A DNA stretch of 38,533 bases from Bifidobacterium breve (lineage in GTDB: Bacteria > Actinomycetota > Actinomycetes > Mycobacteriales > Mycobacteriaceae): assembly GCA_945882475.1 (NCBI GenBank), contig CAMCWJ010000001.1:1-38533 (forward strand). The letters are read 5' to 3'. The position numbers and the translations under genes are program-made. This document shows, piece by piece, positions 1-11,603 of this stretch (positions are counted from its first letter, which is position 1; every line of letters begins with the position of its first letter). The notes beneath the pieces are model-generated. The model was not told the origin of the DNA. It did not search any database and was given only the letters and a program-made list of their open reading frames with translations.

Positions 1-192
1 GTTGTGCCGGCGGTAGTGCTCGGCGAGTTCGTCGACTCGCCACATGTGATTCGGGCCGAGGTTGAAGTACCGTCCGGTCGCCTCGGCGAGTTCGTCGTCG
101 TAGGCGCATCCGCCGCCGGAGTCGAGTTCGACATGGGTGTGAAAGTCGATCGCGTCGAGGGCACCGACGTCGAACCCGTACTCGTAGGCCAT
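1..192 (-). CDS. Amidohydrolase-family protein, CouO (4-hydroxyphenyl-beta-ketoacyl-CoA hydrolase)-like; 5' part only, runs off the window
   Basis: Not in the ORF track. Translated by hand from ATG at 192: MAYEYGFDVGALDAIDFHTHVELDSGGGCAYDDELAEATGRYF... The IDxHxH motif is the amidohydrolase metal-binding motif. A TAGACT -10-like box lies 6 nt upstream. Confidence 0.75.
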   Translation of the reverse strand, partial: MAYEYGFDVGALDAIDFHTHVELDSGGGCAYDDELAEATGRYFNLGPNHMWRVDELAEHYRRHN

Positions 193-201
193 GCCGGGAG
201 T

Positions 202-645
202 CTAAGCGGCGTACAGCGCCACGAACCGGTCCAGGGAGGCCTGGATGTCGCCGCGCAACGACGCGGCGACGATCATGCCGATCGGACCGAACAGGGCGGG
301 GCCGCCCAGGTGGACGTCCAAGGTGAGGACCGAGGCGGCCCCGGTGCCGTGTTCAGGTCGGACCTTGCCGATCAGTTTGACCTTCACCCCGCCAACACCG
401 ATACCGTTGAGCGTCAACGACTCCGGCGGGCGGAAGCTCACGATGGTCCACTTGATCCGGTTCGGCATGCCCTTGACCTCGACAATGGACTCCAGGACGG
501 TGCCCTTGTCGAGGTCGGCCGGCGGCTTCGTCCGCCACAACCGGTGAATGGTGAGCCATTCGGAATACCGGGAGAGGTCGGATGCGTGCTGCCAAGCCTG
601 CTGCGGCGATAGCGGAACGTCTACGGAGACCGAGACCTTCGCCAT
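202..645 (-). CDS. SRPBCC/polyketide-cyclase-fold protein, Rv0910-family toxin
   Basis: MAKVSVSVDVPLSPQQAW...HLGGPALFGPIGMIVAASLRGDI resembles Rv0910. It lies 6 bp downstream of the Rv0909-like gene. Confidence 0.85.
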   Translation of the reverse strand: MAKVSVSVDVPLSPQQAWQHASDLSRYSEWLTIHRLWRTKPPADLDKGTVLESIVEVKGMPNRIKWTIVSFRPPESLTLNGIGVGGVKVKLIGKVRPEHGTGAASVLTLDVHLGGPALFGPIGMIVAASLRGDIQASLDRFVALYAA

Positions 646-651
646 CGGGAC

Positions 652-948
652 TTACTGGCCGTCGACCTTGTCTGCGACGTTCTCGGCCGCCTCCTTGGCC
701 TTGCCAGCGACATCGGCTGCGGCATCCTTGGCCGACGCCGTCGCGTCAGTGACCTTGTCCACCGCGCCCTGGGCTGCGCCCTGAACCTTGTCGATGGTCT
801 CGGCAAACTTTCCGCCGGTCTTGTCGTCGATGAAGTCGCCGGCTTTGTCGATGGCGCCCTCGATCTTGTCGACGTTGTCGGTGATGGCGTCCTTGGCCTT
901 GTCCAGGTTGTCGCTGAGAGCTTCCTTGGCCTTGTCAATGAAGGACAT
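652..948 (-). CDS. Rv0909/MT0933-like antitoxin, elongated (98 aa)
   Basis: Core NVDKIEGAIDKAGDFIDDKTGGKF is typical of the family. Syntenic between ctpE and Rv0910. Purine-rich RBS upstream. Confidence 0.8.
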   Translation of the reverse strand: MSFIDKAKEALSDNLDKAKDAITDNVDKIEGAIDKAGDFIDDKTGGKFAETIDKVQGAAQGAVDKVTDATASAKDAAADVAGKAKEAAENVADKVDGQ

Positions 949-1047
949 CTAATAACCCTTTCTCGGTGCTGCGGTGAGACCACCCATCCTCGGCGAGGTC
1001 CGGTTGCCCGGACGAGGCCCCAGCGCCAATCTAAGCACCGTTTCCGT

Positions 1048-3432
1048 CTAGCGCCACACCCGCCTCGGTTCGCCCAGCAGCCTGCCCTGGATCCACCACA
1101 ACGCCTCGATCAGGGCCGCGGCGAGCAGGCCGATCAGCACCGCCGTGGTGGTCGCCGAGGTGTTGGACGGGTCGATCATGAACTTCTGGCGAGCAATCGG
1201 TAACGCGAAGATGACCACGTAGGACAGCATGGAGAAGAGCACCAGGCAGATCCGCCACCACTGGTAGGGCCGGGCCACCACGGCAAGCACCCATAACGCG
1301 CCCAGCAACAACGTGATCAGCGCCGAGGTGGACGCCTGGGTCTGCGCCGTGGCGCCGGCATCGCGGCCCGGCAGTGTTAGCAGATAGGTGGTGTAAGTCG
1401 CAACGCCGATGACCACACCCGTGGGCAGGGCCGAGGTCATCACGCGCCGGACGAACCCGGTACGGGCCCGCTCGTTGTTGGGCGCCAGCGACAGCACGAA
1501 AGCCGGAATCCCGATGGTGAACCAGGCCGCGATCGTGACGTGGATCGGCTGGAACGGGTAGAGCAGGGGGGCGGTTCCGAACAGCTTGGAGGACACCCCG
1601 GCCAGCCCGACCAGCAGGGCGAGCAGCACCGAGTACACGGTCTTGGTCAGGAACAGGTTGGAGACGCGTTCTATGTTGCCGATGACCCGCCGGCCCTCGC
1701 CGACCACATAGGGCAGCGTTGCGAACTTGTTGTCCAGCAGCACGATCTGAGCGACTGCGCGCGAAGCCGGGCTACCCGTACCCATGGCGACGCCGATATC
1801 GGCATCCTTCAGTGCCAGTACGTCGTTGACTCCGTCGCCGGTCATCGCGACAGTGTGATCGCGGGACTGCAGGGCATGGACCATTGCGCGCTTCTGATCC
1901 GGGCGCACCCGGCCGAAAGTGGTGTACTCCGCCATCGTGTCGGCCAGTGCATCCTGATCGGCGGGGAGTTCGCGGGCGTCCACGGTCTCACCGTGCAGGC
2001 CCAGTGAATCCGCCACTGCTCCCACCGACACCGCATTGTCACCGGAGATCACCTTGACCGAGACATGCTGGGCGGCAAAGTAATTCAGGGTCTCGCGGGC
2101 GTCCGGACGGACCCGTTGCTCGAGTACTACCAGCGCGACCGGGGTGACCCGGCCGGGGGCCTGCGGGCCGTCGACGGGACCGTCGGAGGATCCGAGCAGC
2201 AGGACCCGCAGGCCGCACGCACCGATCTCCTCGGCATCTCGGGCCACCGGCGAGTCCGAGTCGAGCAGTACGTCCGGAGCCCCGATCACCCAGTTTCCGT
2301 GTTGGGAGTACGACGCCCCGCTCCACTTGGTGGCCGACTTGAACGGCGCCACCGCGGTCGCGGTCCAGCCAGGCGCGGACGGACAGGCCTCGGCGATGGC
2401 CGCCATGCTGGCGTTGGGCCGGGGATCGTCGGCGGCCAGAGCAGCCAGCACAATTCCGATCTGCTCGGCAGAGGCATCCGCCAGCGGCTGCGCCCGGGAG
2501 AACCGCATCCCGTTCTCGGTGAGCGTGCCGGTCTTGTCGGCGCACACCACGTCGACCCGGGCCAGGCCCTCGATCGCGGGGAGCTCCTGCACCAAGCACT
2601 GCCGCCGGCCGAGTCGCACCACGCCGACGGCGAACGCGATCGAGGTCATCAACACCAGGCCCTCAGGGACCATCGGCACTAGTGCGCCAACCATCCGCAA
2701 CAACGACTCCCGCCAGCCCGCGCCGGTGGTGAACAACTGCGAGTAGATGATCAGCAGCCCGGTGGGAACCAGGAGGTAGGTGATGACCCGCAGGATGGTG
2801 TTGATCCCGCTGCGCAGTTCGGATTTCACCAGGGAGAACTTGCTGGCCTCTTCGGCAAGCCGGGCCGCGTAGGCCTCCCGGCCAACCTTCGTCGCACGGT
2901 AGGCGCCGGAACCGGCCACTACGAAGCTGCCCGAAAGCACCGGATCGCCAACAGATTTGCCGATCGGATCGGCCTCCCCGGTGAGCAGCGACTCGTCGAT
3001 CTCCAGCGCAGCGGCCTCGAGCACCTCACCGTCGACCACGATTTGATCGCCGGGGCCGAGTTCGATGACGTCATCGAGCACCACCAGGTTGGGCGGTAGT
3101 TCACCGGTCCCGGACTGGCGTCGCACCCTGGGCTTGGCCTGACTGATGATGGCCAGGTTGTCCAGGGTCTGCTTGGCACGCAGTTCCTGGATGATGCCGA
3201 TGGCGCTGTTGGCGACGATGAGGAGGCCGAACAATCCGTTGATCAGCGATCCGGTGGCCAGCACGAGGATCAACAGCACGCCGAGGATGGCGTTGATGCG
3301 GGTGAAGACGTTCGAACGCACGATTTCACCGACGGTGCGCGAGGCGCGACTGGGAACGTCGTTGGTTTCACCGGCGGCGACTCGGGCGGCGACCTCGGCC
3401 TCGGTCAGACCGGTGGGGATACCCACAGTCAT
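1048..3432 (-). CDS. ctpE: P-type cation-transporting ATPase CtpE
   Basis: Motifs LTGE, PEGL, DKTGT (phospho-Asp), ISGD and TGDGVND; 794 aa; Rv0908 position. Confidence 0.92.
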   Translation of the reverse strand: MTVGIPTGLTEAEVAARVAAGETNDVPSRASRTVGEIVRSNVFTRINAILGVLLILVLATGSLINGLFGLLIVANSAIGIIQELRAKQTLDNLAIISQAKPRVRRQSGTGELPPNLVVLDDVIELGPGDQIVVDGEVLEAAALEIDESLLTGEADPIGKSVGDPVLSGSFVVAGSGAYRATKVGREAYAARLAEEASKFSLVKSELRSGINTILRVITYLLVPTGLLIIYSQLFTTGAGWRESLLRMVGALVPMVPEGLVLMTSIAFAVGVVRLGRRQCLVQELPAIEGLARVDVVCADKTGTLTENGMRFSRAQPLADASAEQIGIVLAALAADDPRPNASMAAIAEACPSAPGWTATAVAPFKSATKWSGASYSQHGNWVIGAPDVLLDSDSPVARDAEEIGACGLRVLLLGSSDGPVDGPQAPGRVTPVALVVLEQRVRPDARETLNYFAAQHVSVKVISGDNAVSVGAVADSLGLHGETVDARELPADQDALADTMAEYTTFGRVRPDQKRAMVHALQSRDHTVAMTGDGVNDVLALKDADIGVAMGTGSPASRAVAQIVLLDNKFATLPYVVGEGRRVIGNIERVSNLFLTKTVYSVLLALLVGLAGVSSKLFGTAPLLYPFQPIHVTIAAWFTIGIPAFVLSLAPNNERARTGFVRRVMTSALPTGVVIGVATYTTYLLTLPGRDAGATAQTQASTSALITLLLGALWVLAVVARPYQWWRICLVLFSMLSYVVIFALPIARQKFMIDPSNTSATTTAVLIGLLAAALIEALWWIQGRLLGEPRRVWR

Positions 3433-3460
3433 CGGGACCTCTGCTTTTCGCGCAAGCGAC

Positions 3461-5074
3461 TCATCGGGTGAACTTACCCATCTTGTCCTGGTCGAGGTAC
3501 TCCAGCGTCAGCCGGTCACCGTTGAACGTTGCTCGGGAAACGCTTCCCGGCGGGGCGTTTTCGGTGACCAGGCGGTAGGAAAACGTGTCACCGTCCCAGT
3601 GGGTAAGCGGGAAATTCTCCGGACGGGGCCCCAGCGACAGAGTCAAAGCGCCGTCCTTGACTATCACCCCCGCTGGTCCCCAGTAGTCGTTGGCGTAGGT
3701 ACCGACATAGGACTGCAATGGGCGCGGCGGCAGGGGCTCGGCGGGCGGCTGTTTGCCGGCCAATTCACCGAATGGGCGGTCCATCGCGGCGAAGGCTCCG
3801 GCGTACAGCGTGCGCCAGTCCTGTCTGAGGACACCGAACTGGACGAGGTCGGCGAACTCGGCGGTGAGCGTCTCCGGCACTCCGACCGGTGCGGCATTGG
3901 TCAGTACGACAATGGCGACGTCGGCGGAGGGGATGAGGACGAAATTCGTTGCCGCACCGAGGTCGAAAGCGCCGGAGTGGCTGAACTGCATCCGGGCCGC
4001 CGCGGAGGTGGCGATATTGAAGCCGTAGCCGTAGAAACCCGACCGCATCGCCGGCTCGCTCGGCGGGTCAGACACCATCTGCGGAGTCAGGGCGGGCAAC
4101 AGTGCTGAGGACTCGACGACCTGCTTCCCGCTGTAGCGGCCCCCGGCAAGCATCATCGTCAGCCAATGCGTCATGTCATTGAGCGAGGCACTGACCCCGC
4201 CGGCCGGCGACTGCGCATCTGCGTCGCGGGAGTAACGCGGCTGATAGTTGCCGTCGACTTTGACGTGACCGACGGCGCGGTTGGGCCGGCTCGCGTAGTC
4301 GGAGAAACGCGAACTGGTCGATTCCATTCCCAGCGGGCGATAGAGCACCTGATCGCTGAGGTCCTCCCAGGGGCTACCGGCAGCGGCAGCCACCGCCTCG
4401 GCGGCGGCGGTGACACCGAAGTTCGTGTAGGCGTATGACGTTCGGAATGGGGCCAGCGGCACCAATCGCAGGCGTTCCAGGACTGCACGGCGGTCGTAGC
4501 CGAGGTCCTCCAACAGGTCTCCGGCATGATCGGGCAATCCGGACCGGTGCGCGAACAGATCGGCGACGGTGAGCATGCTGGTTGTCGCAGGGTCGGAGAG
4601 GGCGAACCACGGCAGATGGGCGACGATCGGGGCATCCCAGCTGAGATCGCGGACACCGACCTGGTGAGCGACCACGGTGGCGGCGATGGACTTCGACAAC
4701 GAAGCCAACTGGAACACCGTATCGGTGTCGACTCTGTCCGGGGAACTGGCGTCGCGAACTCCGAACCCCTTGGCGTACAGCGTCTTACCGGCGTGTACCA
4801 CCGCGACGGCCATGCCCGGGATGCCGGAGGATTGCATCAGTTCGGTGGCCAGGCCGTCGAGTCGGGCGACCGCGTTGCCGATCGCGTCATCCGGCAGGGG
4901 CATCGCCGGGATGAGTTGCGGCGGTTGTTGAGACAGTGAATTTTGTTGAGACAGTGACGTTTGTTGAGGCAGGGTCGCGTTGGCATTCGTGCCCGAGGGT
5001 GGGGTGGAAACGCAGGCGGTCAGTGCCACCGCCAACGCCAGTCCCGTAACGGGGCGGGCGATGCGGGGTGTCAC
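3461..5074 (-). CDS. Beta-lactamase-like serine hydrolase lipoprotein (Rv0907-like)
   Basis: Lipobox LTAC, SxxK (SLSK), YxN (YTN) and HSG motifs. GTG at 5074 overlaps the upstream TGA (GTGA); 5083 is an alternative start. Confidence 0.85.
   Translation of the reverse strand: MTPRIARPVTGLALAVALTACVSTPPSGTNANATLPQQTSLSQQNSLSQQPPQLIPAMPLPDDAIGNAVARLDGLATELMQSSGIPGMAVAVVHAGKTLYAKGFGVRDASSPDRVDTDTVFQLASLSKSIAATVVAHQVGVRDLSWDAPIVAHLPWFALSDPATTSMLTVADLFAHRSGLPDHAGDLLEDLGYDRRAVLERLRLVPLAPFRTSYAYTNFGVTAAAEAVAAAAGSPWEDLSDQVLYRPLGMESTSSRFSDYASRPNRAVGHVKVDGNYQPRYSRDADAQSPAGGVSASLNDMTHWLTMMLAGGRYSGKQVVESSALLPALTPQMVSDPPSEPAMRSGFYGYGFNIATSAAARMQFSHSGAFDLGAATNFVLIPSADVAIVVLTNAAPVGVPETLTAEFADLVQFGVLRQDWRTLYAGAFAAMDRPFGELAGKQPPAEPLPPRPLQSYVGTYANDYWGPAGVIVKDGALTLSLGPRPENFPLTHWDGDTFSYRLVTENAPPGSVSRATFNGDRLTLEYLDQDKMGKFTR
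4925..4975. repeat. 18-bp-period tandem repeat, 3 copies
   Basis: ttgttgagacagtga at 4925 and 4943, with degenerate ttgttgaggcagggt at 4961. Encodes [17 protein letters not shown]. Confidence 0.85.
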
Positions 5075-6207
5075 AGCCGCCACCAGCGCTCGATCTGTGG
5101 CGTCTCATCCGCGACAACGCGACCACCGGGCCTGGGCACCCCCACTTGCACCCCGGCGGCTGCGGCGGCCTCGACGACTCGTTCGGCCGGCTCGGCCCAG
5201 GGGTGCGGGGCGAGCCGGAAGGTTGCCCAGTGGATCGGCACCATGACTCCGCCGCCGCCGAGGTCGCAGTGCGCCTGGACGGCTTCCTCGGGGTTCATGT
5301 GAATGTCCCGCCAGGACTTGTTGTAGGCACCAATGGGCAGCACCGTCATGTCGAAAGGCCCGTGGTTTGAACCGATTTCGGTGAAACTACTGGTGTATCC
5401 GGTATCACCGCCGAAGTAGGCACGATGCCGCGGCCCCAGGATGGCCCAGGAGGCCCACAGGGTGTTGTTGCGCGACAGGAACCGGCCGGAGTAGTGCCGG
5501 GCCGGGGTGCAGACCAGCCTCAGATCACCGATCCGGGTGGATGCGTTCCAGTCCAGTTCGACGATGCGCCGCGGCGGTATTCCCCAGTGGCGCAGGTGCG
5601 CACCGACACCCAATGGTGTGACGAACACCGCCCGCTGGGTACGTGCCAGCGCCTGCACCGTGGACATGTCGAGGTGGTCGTAGTGATCGTGGCTGATCAC
5701 TATCGCATCCAGTGCGGGCAGCGCCTCCAATGCCAGCGGTGGCGGATGCAGCCGCTGCGGGCCAATAGTTTTCGACGGCGAGCAGCGCGCACTCCACAGG
5801 GGGTCGGTCAGTAGTCGGTAACCGTCGATCTCCATCAGTGCGGTGGCGTGGCCCAACCAGGTCACGGCGGGCACTTCAGCGGGCCCGTCCGTTGCGGGCT
5901 GCGCTAACGGGATGGCCGCAGAAGGTCTGCTCTCTGATGCGCCGGAGAAGAGATCGAAGAGCACCATTCGGTTCTCCTCGATGTCGAGTTCGATAGCCGA
6001 GAACGGTTCGAGGTTGGTGAAAACCCCTCCGCGGTAGTGCGGCGAACCCTCGGCGGCGGCGCGGATCGCCCCGGGTCCGGCACCCAGCGCCGCGGGCGTG
6101 TCGCGAAGCGCGCGCAATCCCCAGCCCCCTGCAGCCAACGATGCAGTGCCCAGCGCCAGGCGCAGCGCAGCCTTCCCGACCGGGAACGGATTGGGTAGGT
6201 CGGCCAC
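5071..6207 (-). CDS. MBL-fold metallo-hydrolase (Rv0906/RomA, NAPE-PLD-like)
   Basis: WLGHAT, HDHYDH (HxHxDH), GGDTGY and PIHW motifs. Confidence 0.88.
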   Translation of the reverse strand: MADLPNPFPVGKAALRLALGTASLAAGGWGLRALRDTPAALGAGPGAIRAAAEGSPHYRGGVFTNLEPFSAIELDIEENRMVLFDLFSGASESRPSAAIPLAQPATDGPAEVPAVTWLGHATALMEIDGYRLLTDPLWSARCSPSKTIGPQRLHPPPLALEALPALDAIVISHDHYDHLDMSTVQALARTQRAVFVTPLGVGAHLRHWGIPPRRIVELDWNASTRIGDLRLVCTPARHYSGRFLSRNNTLWASWAILGPRHRAYFGGDTGYTSSFTEIGSNHGPFDMTVLPIGAYNKSWRDIHMNPEEAVQAHCDLGGGGVMVPIHWATFRLAPHPWAEPAERVVEAAAAAGVQVGVPRPGGRVVADETPQIERWWRL

Positions 6208-6212
6208 TGGGA

Positions 6213-6944
6213 TCAGGCTCCGCCGAACCTCGGGGCCCGCTTCTCGACGCGGGCCACCTGGGCCTCGATCACATCACCGCTGCCCCAGGCCTGGTCGAAA
6301 AGCTGCTTGTGAACCGGACTCTGGGCCTCGTAGGCGCCATCGTCGTTGAGCACCCGTTTGGTGTGCCGCAGCGACAGCGGTGCCAGGCCCGCGATCTCGG
6401 CCGCCCACGCCTGCGCGTCGGCCAGGGTGCCGATCCGGTTGGCCATGCCGGTGGCCAGCGCGGTCTGCGCATCTAGCTTCTCGGCGGCCAGCAGCATGCC
6501 CCGGGCCCGCCCGTGCCCGGCCAGCGATGCCAGCCGTCGGACACTCCAATTGTCCAGGGCCAGTCCGTATTTGGCGATTGGGAACTGAAAATACGCCTCC
6601 GGGGCTACCACACGAAGATCGCAGACCATCGCCAGTTGGACGCCGGCGCCGATCGTCGGGCCGTTGATAGCCGCAATCACCGGCATCGGCGCGGCATCGA
6701 TGGACATATTGAGCGCGATTGCCTTATCCGGGAAATCCGCGGCGAAAACGTCGCCGGACAGGTCGGCGCCCGCGCAGAACACGGTGCCGGCCCCGGTGAG
6801 CACGATGGCGCGGACGTCGTCGGCGGCCGCGTTCTCCACGGCCTCGCGCAGTGCGTCGACGAGGGCGGAATTGAGCGCATTGCGCCGTTCCGGGCGCTGC
6901 AACTCGATTGTTGTCACGTCACCGACGCGCTCGACTCCGATCAT
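6213..6944 (-). CDS. echA6: Enoyl-CoA hydratase-like protein EchA6
   Basis: [25 protein letters not shown] and FCAGADL crotonase motifs; Rv0905 position. ATG at 6944 has TAGTCT 8 nt upstream. Confidence 0.88.
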   Translation of the reverse strand: MIGVERVGDVTTIELQRPERRNALNSALVDALREAVENAAADDVRAIVLTGAGTVFCAGADLSGDVFAADFPDKAIALNMSIDAAPMPVIAAINGPTIGAGVQLAMVCDLRVVAPEAYFQFPIAKYGLALDNWSVRRLASLAGHGRARGMLLAAEKLDAQTALATGMANRIGTLADAQAWAAEIAGLAPLSLRHTKRVLNDDGAYEAQSPVHKQLFDQAWGSGDVIEAQVARVEKRAPRFGGA

Positions 6945-7027
6945 GAGCGCCAAGACTACTGTCCGTGCCCGGAACAGTTTTCTGGCACCGGCACAGCTCG
7001 CCTTGTCGGTTGCCCACGGCCGCGCCG

Positions 7028-8845
7028 CTACGCCAGCGAGTCCACCCAGGCCCTGTGCAAGGCGGCGTAGTGCCCGCCGCTGCCGATCAGGTCGCGCGGG
7101 GAGCCGTCCTCGACGACCCGTCCGTGCTCGACCACCAGCACCCGGTCGGCGATCTCGACGGTGGACAGCCGGTGGGCGATGATCAGCGCGGTACGCCTCG
7201 CCAGCACCGTGCGCAGGGCGCGTTGAACCAGGCGCTCGCTGGGAATATCAAGCGATGACGTCGCCTCGTCGAGGATCAGCACGGCCGGATCAGCGAGGAA
7301 GGCACGGGCGAACGCGATCAACTGGCGCTGCCCCGCCGACAGCCGCCCACCCCGCTTGGCCACGTCGGTCTCATAGCCCTCGGGCAAGGCCGTGATGAAC
7401 TCCTCGGCGCCCACGGCGGCTGCGGCCTCCCGGACCTGAGCGTCCGTCGCGTCGGGGCGGCCGAACCGGATGTTGTCCGCGACGGTTCCGGAGAACAGGA
7501 AGTTGTCCTGCGTCACCATCACGACGTGACGGCGCAGATCGCTTTGGGCGAAGTCACGCAGGTCGACACCGTCGAGGGTGACGGCCCCGGATTGGGGGTC
7601 ATAGAAGCGGGCGATCAGTTTGGCGATGGTGGTCTTGCCGGCACCGGTGGTGCCGACCAGCGCGACGGTCTGACCGGCCGGTATCTCAAGCGTCATTCCG
7701 GTAAGCACAGGGTTCTGGGCGTCGTAGCCGAATTGCACTTCTGCCAAGGTGATTTCACCCTGTATGGCCACCGGTGCGAGGGGATGCACGGGGTCGTCGA
7801 TGCCCGGCTGTTCGGCCAGCACGCCGGCGATCTTCTCCAGCGCCGACGACGCGGACTGAAAGGTGTTGAAAAACTGCGAGACCTCCTGCATGGGCTCGAA
7901 GAACATCCGCAGGTAGAGCAGGAACGCCGCCAGTGTGCCGATGGTCATTTCGCCGTTAAGCACGCGGTAACCGCCGTAGAGCAGCACCAGGCCGGTGGTG
8001 AGGTTGCCGACCAGTTTCACTCCGGGCATGAAGACCGCCAGCAGTGTGAAACTGCGCTCGTTGACACTTCGATACTCGTCGGCGACGTTGTCGAAGATCT
8101 CCTGGTTGCGGGGCTGACGGCGGTATGCCTGCACCGCCTTGATGCCAGTCATGGTTTCGACGAACTGCACGATGACCAGCGCGGCGTTCTCGCGGACCCG
8201 GCGGTAGTTCTTCGTCGACTCACGCGAGAACCACCACACCAGCGCGATCAGAATCGGGAAAGCAGCCAGGCACATCAGGCCCAGTCGAAAATCGAGCACC
8301 AACAACAGGATGGCGGTGCCGAACAACGTCAGCGCAGCGGTGACCAGGCTGTCGAAGCCGGTTTCCAGCATGTCCTGGATCGCCTCGACATCGTTTGTCG
8401 AACGACTCACCACCCGGCCGGAGGTGTAGCGGTCGTGAAAGGTGACATCAAGGCGCATGAAGTGGCGGAAGAGTCTGCGGCGCACCTCCAGTAGCACCTG
8501 CTGGCCGATCCGGCCGGAGGCATTGAGGAAGAACATCCTGCTGACTGCCTGTACCACCACCGCCGCGCACAGCATTGCGACAACGGTCATCAGTTCGCCT
8601 GCGGAACCGCCGGCCCGCAGTGGCGGAATGCCTTGGTCGATACCCCGCTGAACAAGCAGCGGAACTACCAGTCGCGCAGCGTTTTCCACGATCACGACCA
8701 GCGCCAACACGCCAAGGGCCAACCGATACGGTCGTAGCAGCGATGCCAGCAGCGCGCGGGCCTCACCACGACGAGGCTCGGCATCAACCAGGCGGAGATC
8801 GTCGGGCGTCTCGTCGAACTGACCCCGCCATTCGGTGGCGGTCAC
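7028..8845 (-). CDS. ABC exporter half-transporter (TMD-NBD), subunit with the catalytic Glu
   Basis: Walker A GTTGAGKT, signature LSAGQ, Walker B LILDE, switch AHR. GTGA overlap with the partner gene. Confidence 0.9.
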   Translation of the reverse strand: MTATEWRGQFDETPDDLRLVDAEPRRGEARALLASLLRPYRLALGVLALVVIVENAARLVVPLLVQRGIDQGIPPLRAGGSAGELMTVVAMLCAAVVVQAVSRMFFLNASGRIGQQVLLEVRRRLFRHFMRLDVTFHDRYTSGRVVSRSTNDVEAIQDMLETGFDSLVTAALTLFGTAILLLVLDFRLGLMCLAAFPILIALVWWFSRESTKNYRRVRENAALVIVQFVETMTGIKAVQAYRRQPRNQEIFDNVADEYRSVNERSFTLLAVFMPGVKLVGNLTTGLVLLYGGYRVLNGEMTIGTLAAFLLYLRMFFEPMQEVSQFFNTFQSASSALEKIAGVLAEQPGIDDPVHPLAPVAIQGEITLAEVQFGYDAQNPVLTGMTLEIPAGQTVALVGTTGAGKTTIAKLIARFYDPQSGAVTLDGVDLRDFAQSDLRRHVVMVTQDNFLFSGTVADNIRFGRPDATDAQVREAAAAVGAEEFITALPEGYETDVAKRGGRLSAGQRQLIAFARAFLADPAVLILDEATSSLDIPSERLVQRALRTVLARRTALIIAHRLSTVEIADRVLVVEHGRVVEDGSPRDLIGSGGHYAALHRAWVDSLA

Positions 8846-10776
8846 TGGGCGCCCTCGGCGGCGACGTAGCCCGCGGGCCTGCGGATGGCCTCCCGTTGCG
8901 CCAGCGCCTCCTCGTAGGAATGGTCGAGACGTTGACGAGCGTCGAGATCCTCCCAGACCGGTCGCGGCTCGCAGCCATCATCGAGTTCATCATCGGCGGC
9001 CAGCAGGTAGCGGTATCGCGGGACGGTCGCCAACAGCTCCTCGTGGGTCCCGATATGAGTGACGGTTCCCGCACCGTCAACGGTGTCGAGCAGAGCGACC
9101 TTGTCTGCCAGCAGCACCGTCGACGCACGATGTGCCACAACAACTCCGGTGACACTGGCTAAGACCCGGCGCAACGCTTCGGTGACAGCCGCCTCCGTGT
9201 GGACGTCGAGCGCCGAAAGCGTGTCGTCGAGAACCAGGACGCGAGGCTGCGCCAGAATCGCTCGGGCAAGGGCCAATCGCTGGCGTTGCCCACCGGACAG
9301 GCTCATCCCCTGCTCACCGATGCGGGTCGCCATGCCGAACGGCAACTCGTAGACGAAATCCGCGGCGGCGATCTGCACCGCGGCGGCAAGGTCGTCGTCG
9401 GTGGCCGATGGCTGGCCGAGTCGAAGGTTCTCGGCCACCGACATCGAGAACAGGGTTGGGTCCTCGAATGCGACCGCGATGGCCCGCCGGAGTGCCGGCA
9501 GCGAGAAGTCGCGAATGTCGACCCCGTCGAGCAGGATTCGGCCCTCAGTGACGTCGTAGAGCCGCGGCAGCAGTTCGGCCAGCACCGACTTGCCGGATCC
9601 GGTCGCCCCGACCAGGGCCAGGGTCTGTCCGGGCTCGACTGTCAACGAGACGTGCCGCAGCGCCCAGGTCTCAGATCCGGCAAAGCGGAAGCCGACATCG
9701 TCGAGTTGCAGCCGGCCGCCGGCCGGCGTCTCGGTGCGCGGTCCATCGGTGATCGCGACTGGCGCATCGAAGATCTCGGCGATCCGGTTCGCCGCTGTCA
9801 TCGACTCCTGGATCATCGACATGAGGAAGCCCAGCGAGGCTATCGGCCACACCAGGGAAAGCATCATCGTGATGAAGGCCACCAGGGTTCCCAACGTCAC
9901 CAGATCGCGGCCGGCGGCGTAGGCGCCGAAGCCGAGCACGACGATCAACGTGATGCCGGGGATGACCTCCAGCAGCGTCCAGAACTTGGCCGAGACAGAG
10001 ACCTTCTGGATCTGGGTGTCGTACAACTTGACAGCCTGCTCGTCGAACCGGTCGTAGATGTAGTCCTCGCGGCCGAAGGATTTCACTGTCCGAAGTCCCA
10101 GAGCGGACTCCTCGACATGGGTTGCGACGTGACCGGCCTGATCCTGCGCCTGGCGCGATAGTTGCGTGAAGGAGCGTTCGAACCGCATCACCGTGGCGGT
10201 GACCGGGACGACGGAGAGCAGAACTACGACACCGAGCGGCCAGTAGATCACCAACAGGATCACCGTCACCGCGACGATCTGCAGGATATTGAGCATCAGG
10301 AAGACCAGGCCGAAGGACAGCAGACGCCGAATCACGTTCAGGTCATTCATGATTCGGGAGAGCAATTGCCCGGACTGCCAGCGGCCATGGAAAGACATCG
10401 GCAGGATCTGCAACCGCGCGTACAGGTCCTTGCGAATGTCGGTTTCCACGCCCATGGTGGCCCGCGCCACCAGCCAGCGGCGGATGAACCACAGCGCCGC
10501 CTCGGCGACGCCTAGGGCGAGCGCCACTGAGCCCAACAGCCAGAGCCCGCGCGGATCCTGGTTGCGCACCGGCCCGTCGATGACCGCCCTGGTCATCAAT
10601 GGAATGGCGATGGTGGCCACCAGGCTGAGGAGCGCGATCCCAATCATCGCTATCCAGCGGCCTCGGTACGGCATCAGATAGGGCATCAGCCGCAACAGAT
10701 CCGAGACCGCCCGCACCCGGGCCGGCGGCGGCGCGATCGACGGGTTCGGCCGATCGGAGTTCACCACGCTGCGCAT
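8842..10776 (-). CDS. ABC exporter half-transporter (TMD-NBD), subunit with a degenerate Walker B
   Basis: Walker A GATGSGKS, signature LSGGQ, Walker B LVLDD. ATG at 10776 has AGGAGG 10 nt upstream; the start is uncertain. Confidence 0.88.
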   Translation of the reverse strand: MRSVVNSDRPNPSIAPPPARVRAVSDLLRLMPYLMPYRGRWIAMIGIALLSLVATIAIPLMTRAVIDGPVRNQDPRGLWLLGSVALALGVAEAALWFIRRWLVARATMGVETDIRKDLYARLQILPMSFHGRWQSGQLLSRIMNDLNVIRRLLSFGLVFLMLNILQIVAVTVILLVIYWPLGVVVLLSVVPVTATVMRFERSFTQLSRQAQDQAGHVATHVEESALGLRTVKSFGREDYIYDRFDEQAVKLYDTQIQKVSVSAKFWTLLEVIPGITLIVVLGFGAYAAGRDLVTLGTLVAFITMMLSLVWPIASLGFLMSMIQESMTAANRIAEIFDAPVAITDGPRTETPAGGRLQLDDVGFRFAGSETWALRHVSLTVEPGQTLALVGATGSGKSVLAELLPRLYDVTEGRILLDGVDIRDFSLPALRRAIAVAFEDPTLFSMSVAENLRLGQPSATDDDLAAAVQIAAADFVYELPFGMATRIGEQGMSLSGGQRQRLALARAILAQPRVLVLDDTLSALDVHTEAAVTEALRRVLASVTGVVVAHRASTVLLADKVALLDTVDGAGTVTHIGTHEELLATVPRYRYLLAADDELDDGCEPRPVWEDLDARQRLDHSYEEALAQREAIRRPAGYVAAEGAQ

Positions 10777-10898
10777 GCCCGATTCGCCTCCTGCGTCAGC
10801 GCCCAGAGCCGCCGACCTTCCAGGTTCGATCATGTCACGAGCCACCTGCCCGTCGAGCCTCCCGCCGGTATTCACGACGATCCGGCAAGATGACAGGC

Positions 10899-11600
10899 AT
10901 GGACAGCACTCCCGCTTCGCCGCGCGTTCTGGTGGTCGATGACGACCCCGACGTGCTGGCGTCGCTGGAACGGGGGCTGCGGCTCTCCGGATTCGAGGTG
11001 ACCACCGCTGTCGACGGAGCGGAGGCCCTGCGCAGCGCCACCGAGACCAGACCGGACGCCATCGTCCTCGACATCAACATGCCCGTGCTCGACGGGGTGA
11101 GCGTGGTAACCGCCCTGCGCGCGATGGACAACGACGTTCCGGTGTGTGTGTTGTCCGCGCGAAGCTCAGTCGATGACCGGGTGGCCGGCTTGGAGGCGGG
11201 CGCCGACGACTACCTGGTGAAGCCGTTCGTGCTCGCCGAGCTGGTCGCGAGGGTCAAGGCACTGTTGCGTCGGCGCGGTTCCACCGCGACATTCTCCTCG
11301 GAGACCATCAGCGTCGGGCCATTGGAGATCGACATCCCGGGTCGGCGCGCGCGGGTCAACGGGACCGATGTCGACCTGACCAAGCGCGAGTTCGACCTGC
11401 TGGCCGTACTCGCCGAACACAAGACCGCCGTGCTCAGCCGCGCCCAACTCCTCGAGTTGGTGTGGGGTTATGACTTCGCCGCGGACACCAACGTCGTCGA
11501 CGTCTTCATCGGCTACCTGCGCCGCAAGCTGGAGGTCGGCGGTGCCCCGCGACTGCTGCACACCGTTCGCGGCGTGGGGTTTGTGCTGCGAACCCAGTAG
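10899..11600 (+). CDS. prrA: OmpR-family response regulator PrrA
   Basis: Nearly identical to M. tuberculosis PrrA as I recall it (RVLVVDDD...IVLDINMP...[12 protein letters not shown]). The phospho-acceptor Asp is intact. Start is ATG 10899 (CAAGAT 7 nt upstream) or ATG 10890. Confidence 0.95.
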   Translation: MDSTPASPRVLVVDDDPDVLASLERGLRLSGFEVTTAVDGAEALRSATETRPDAIVLDINMPVLDGVSVVTALRAMDNDVPVCVLSARSSVDDRVAGLEAGADDYLVKPFVLAELVARVKALLRRRGSTATFSSETISVGPLEIDIPGRRARVNGTDVDLTKREFDLLAVLAEHKTAVLSRAQLLELVWGYDFAADTNVVDVFIGYLRRKLEVGGAPRLLHTVRGVGFVLRTQ

Positions 11601-11603
11601 GCC

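Noticed and set aside
998-1013. GTCCGG-GCAA-CCGGAC hairpin after ctpE (and an imperfect hairpin at 6965-6988) as terminators
   Set aside because: Short stems with no U-tract in GC-rich DNA; not distinguishable from chance.
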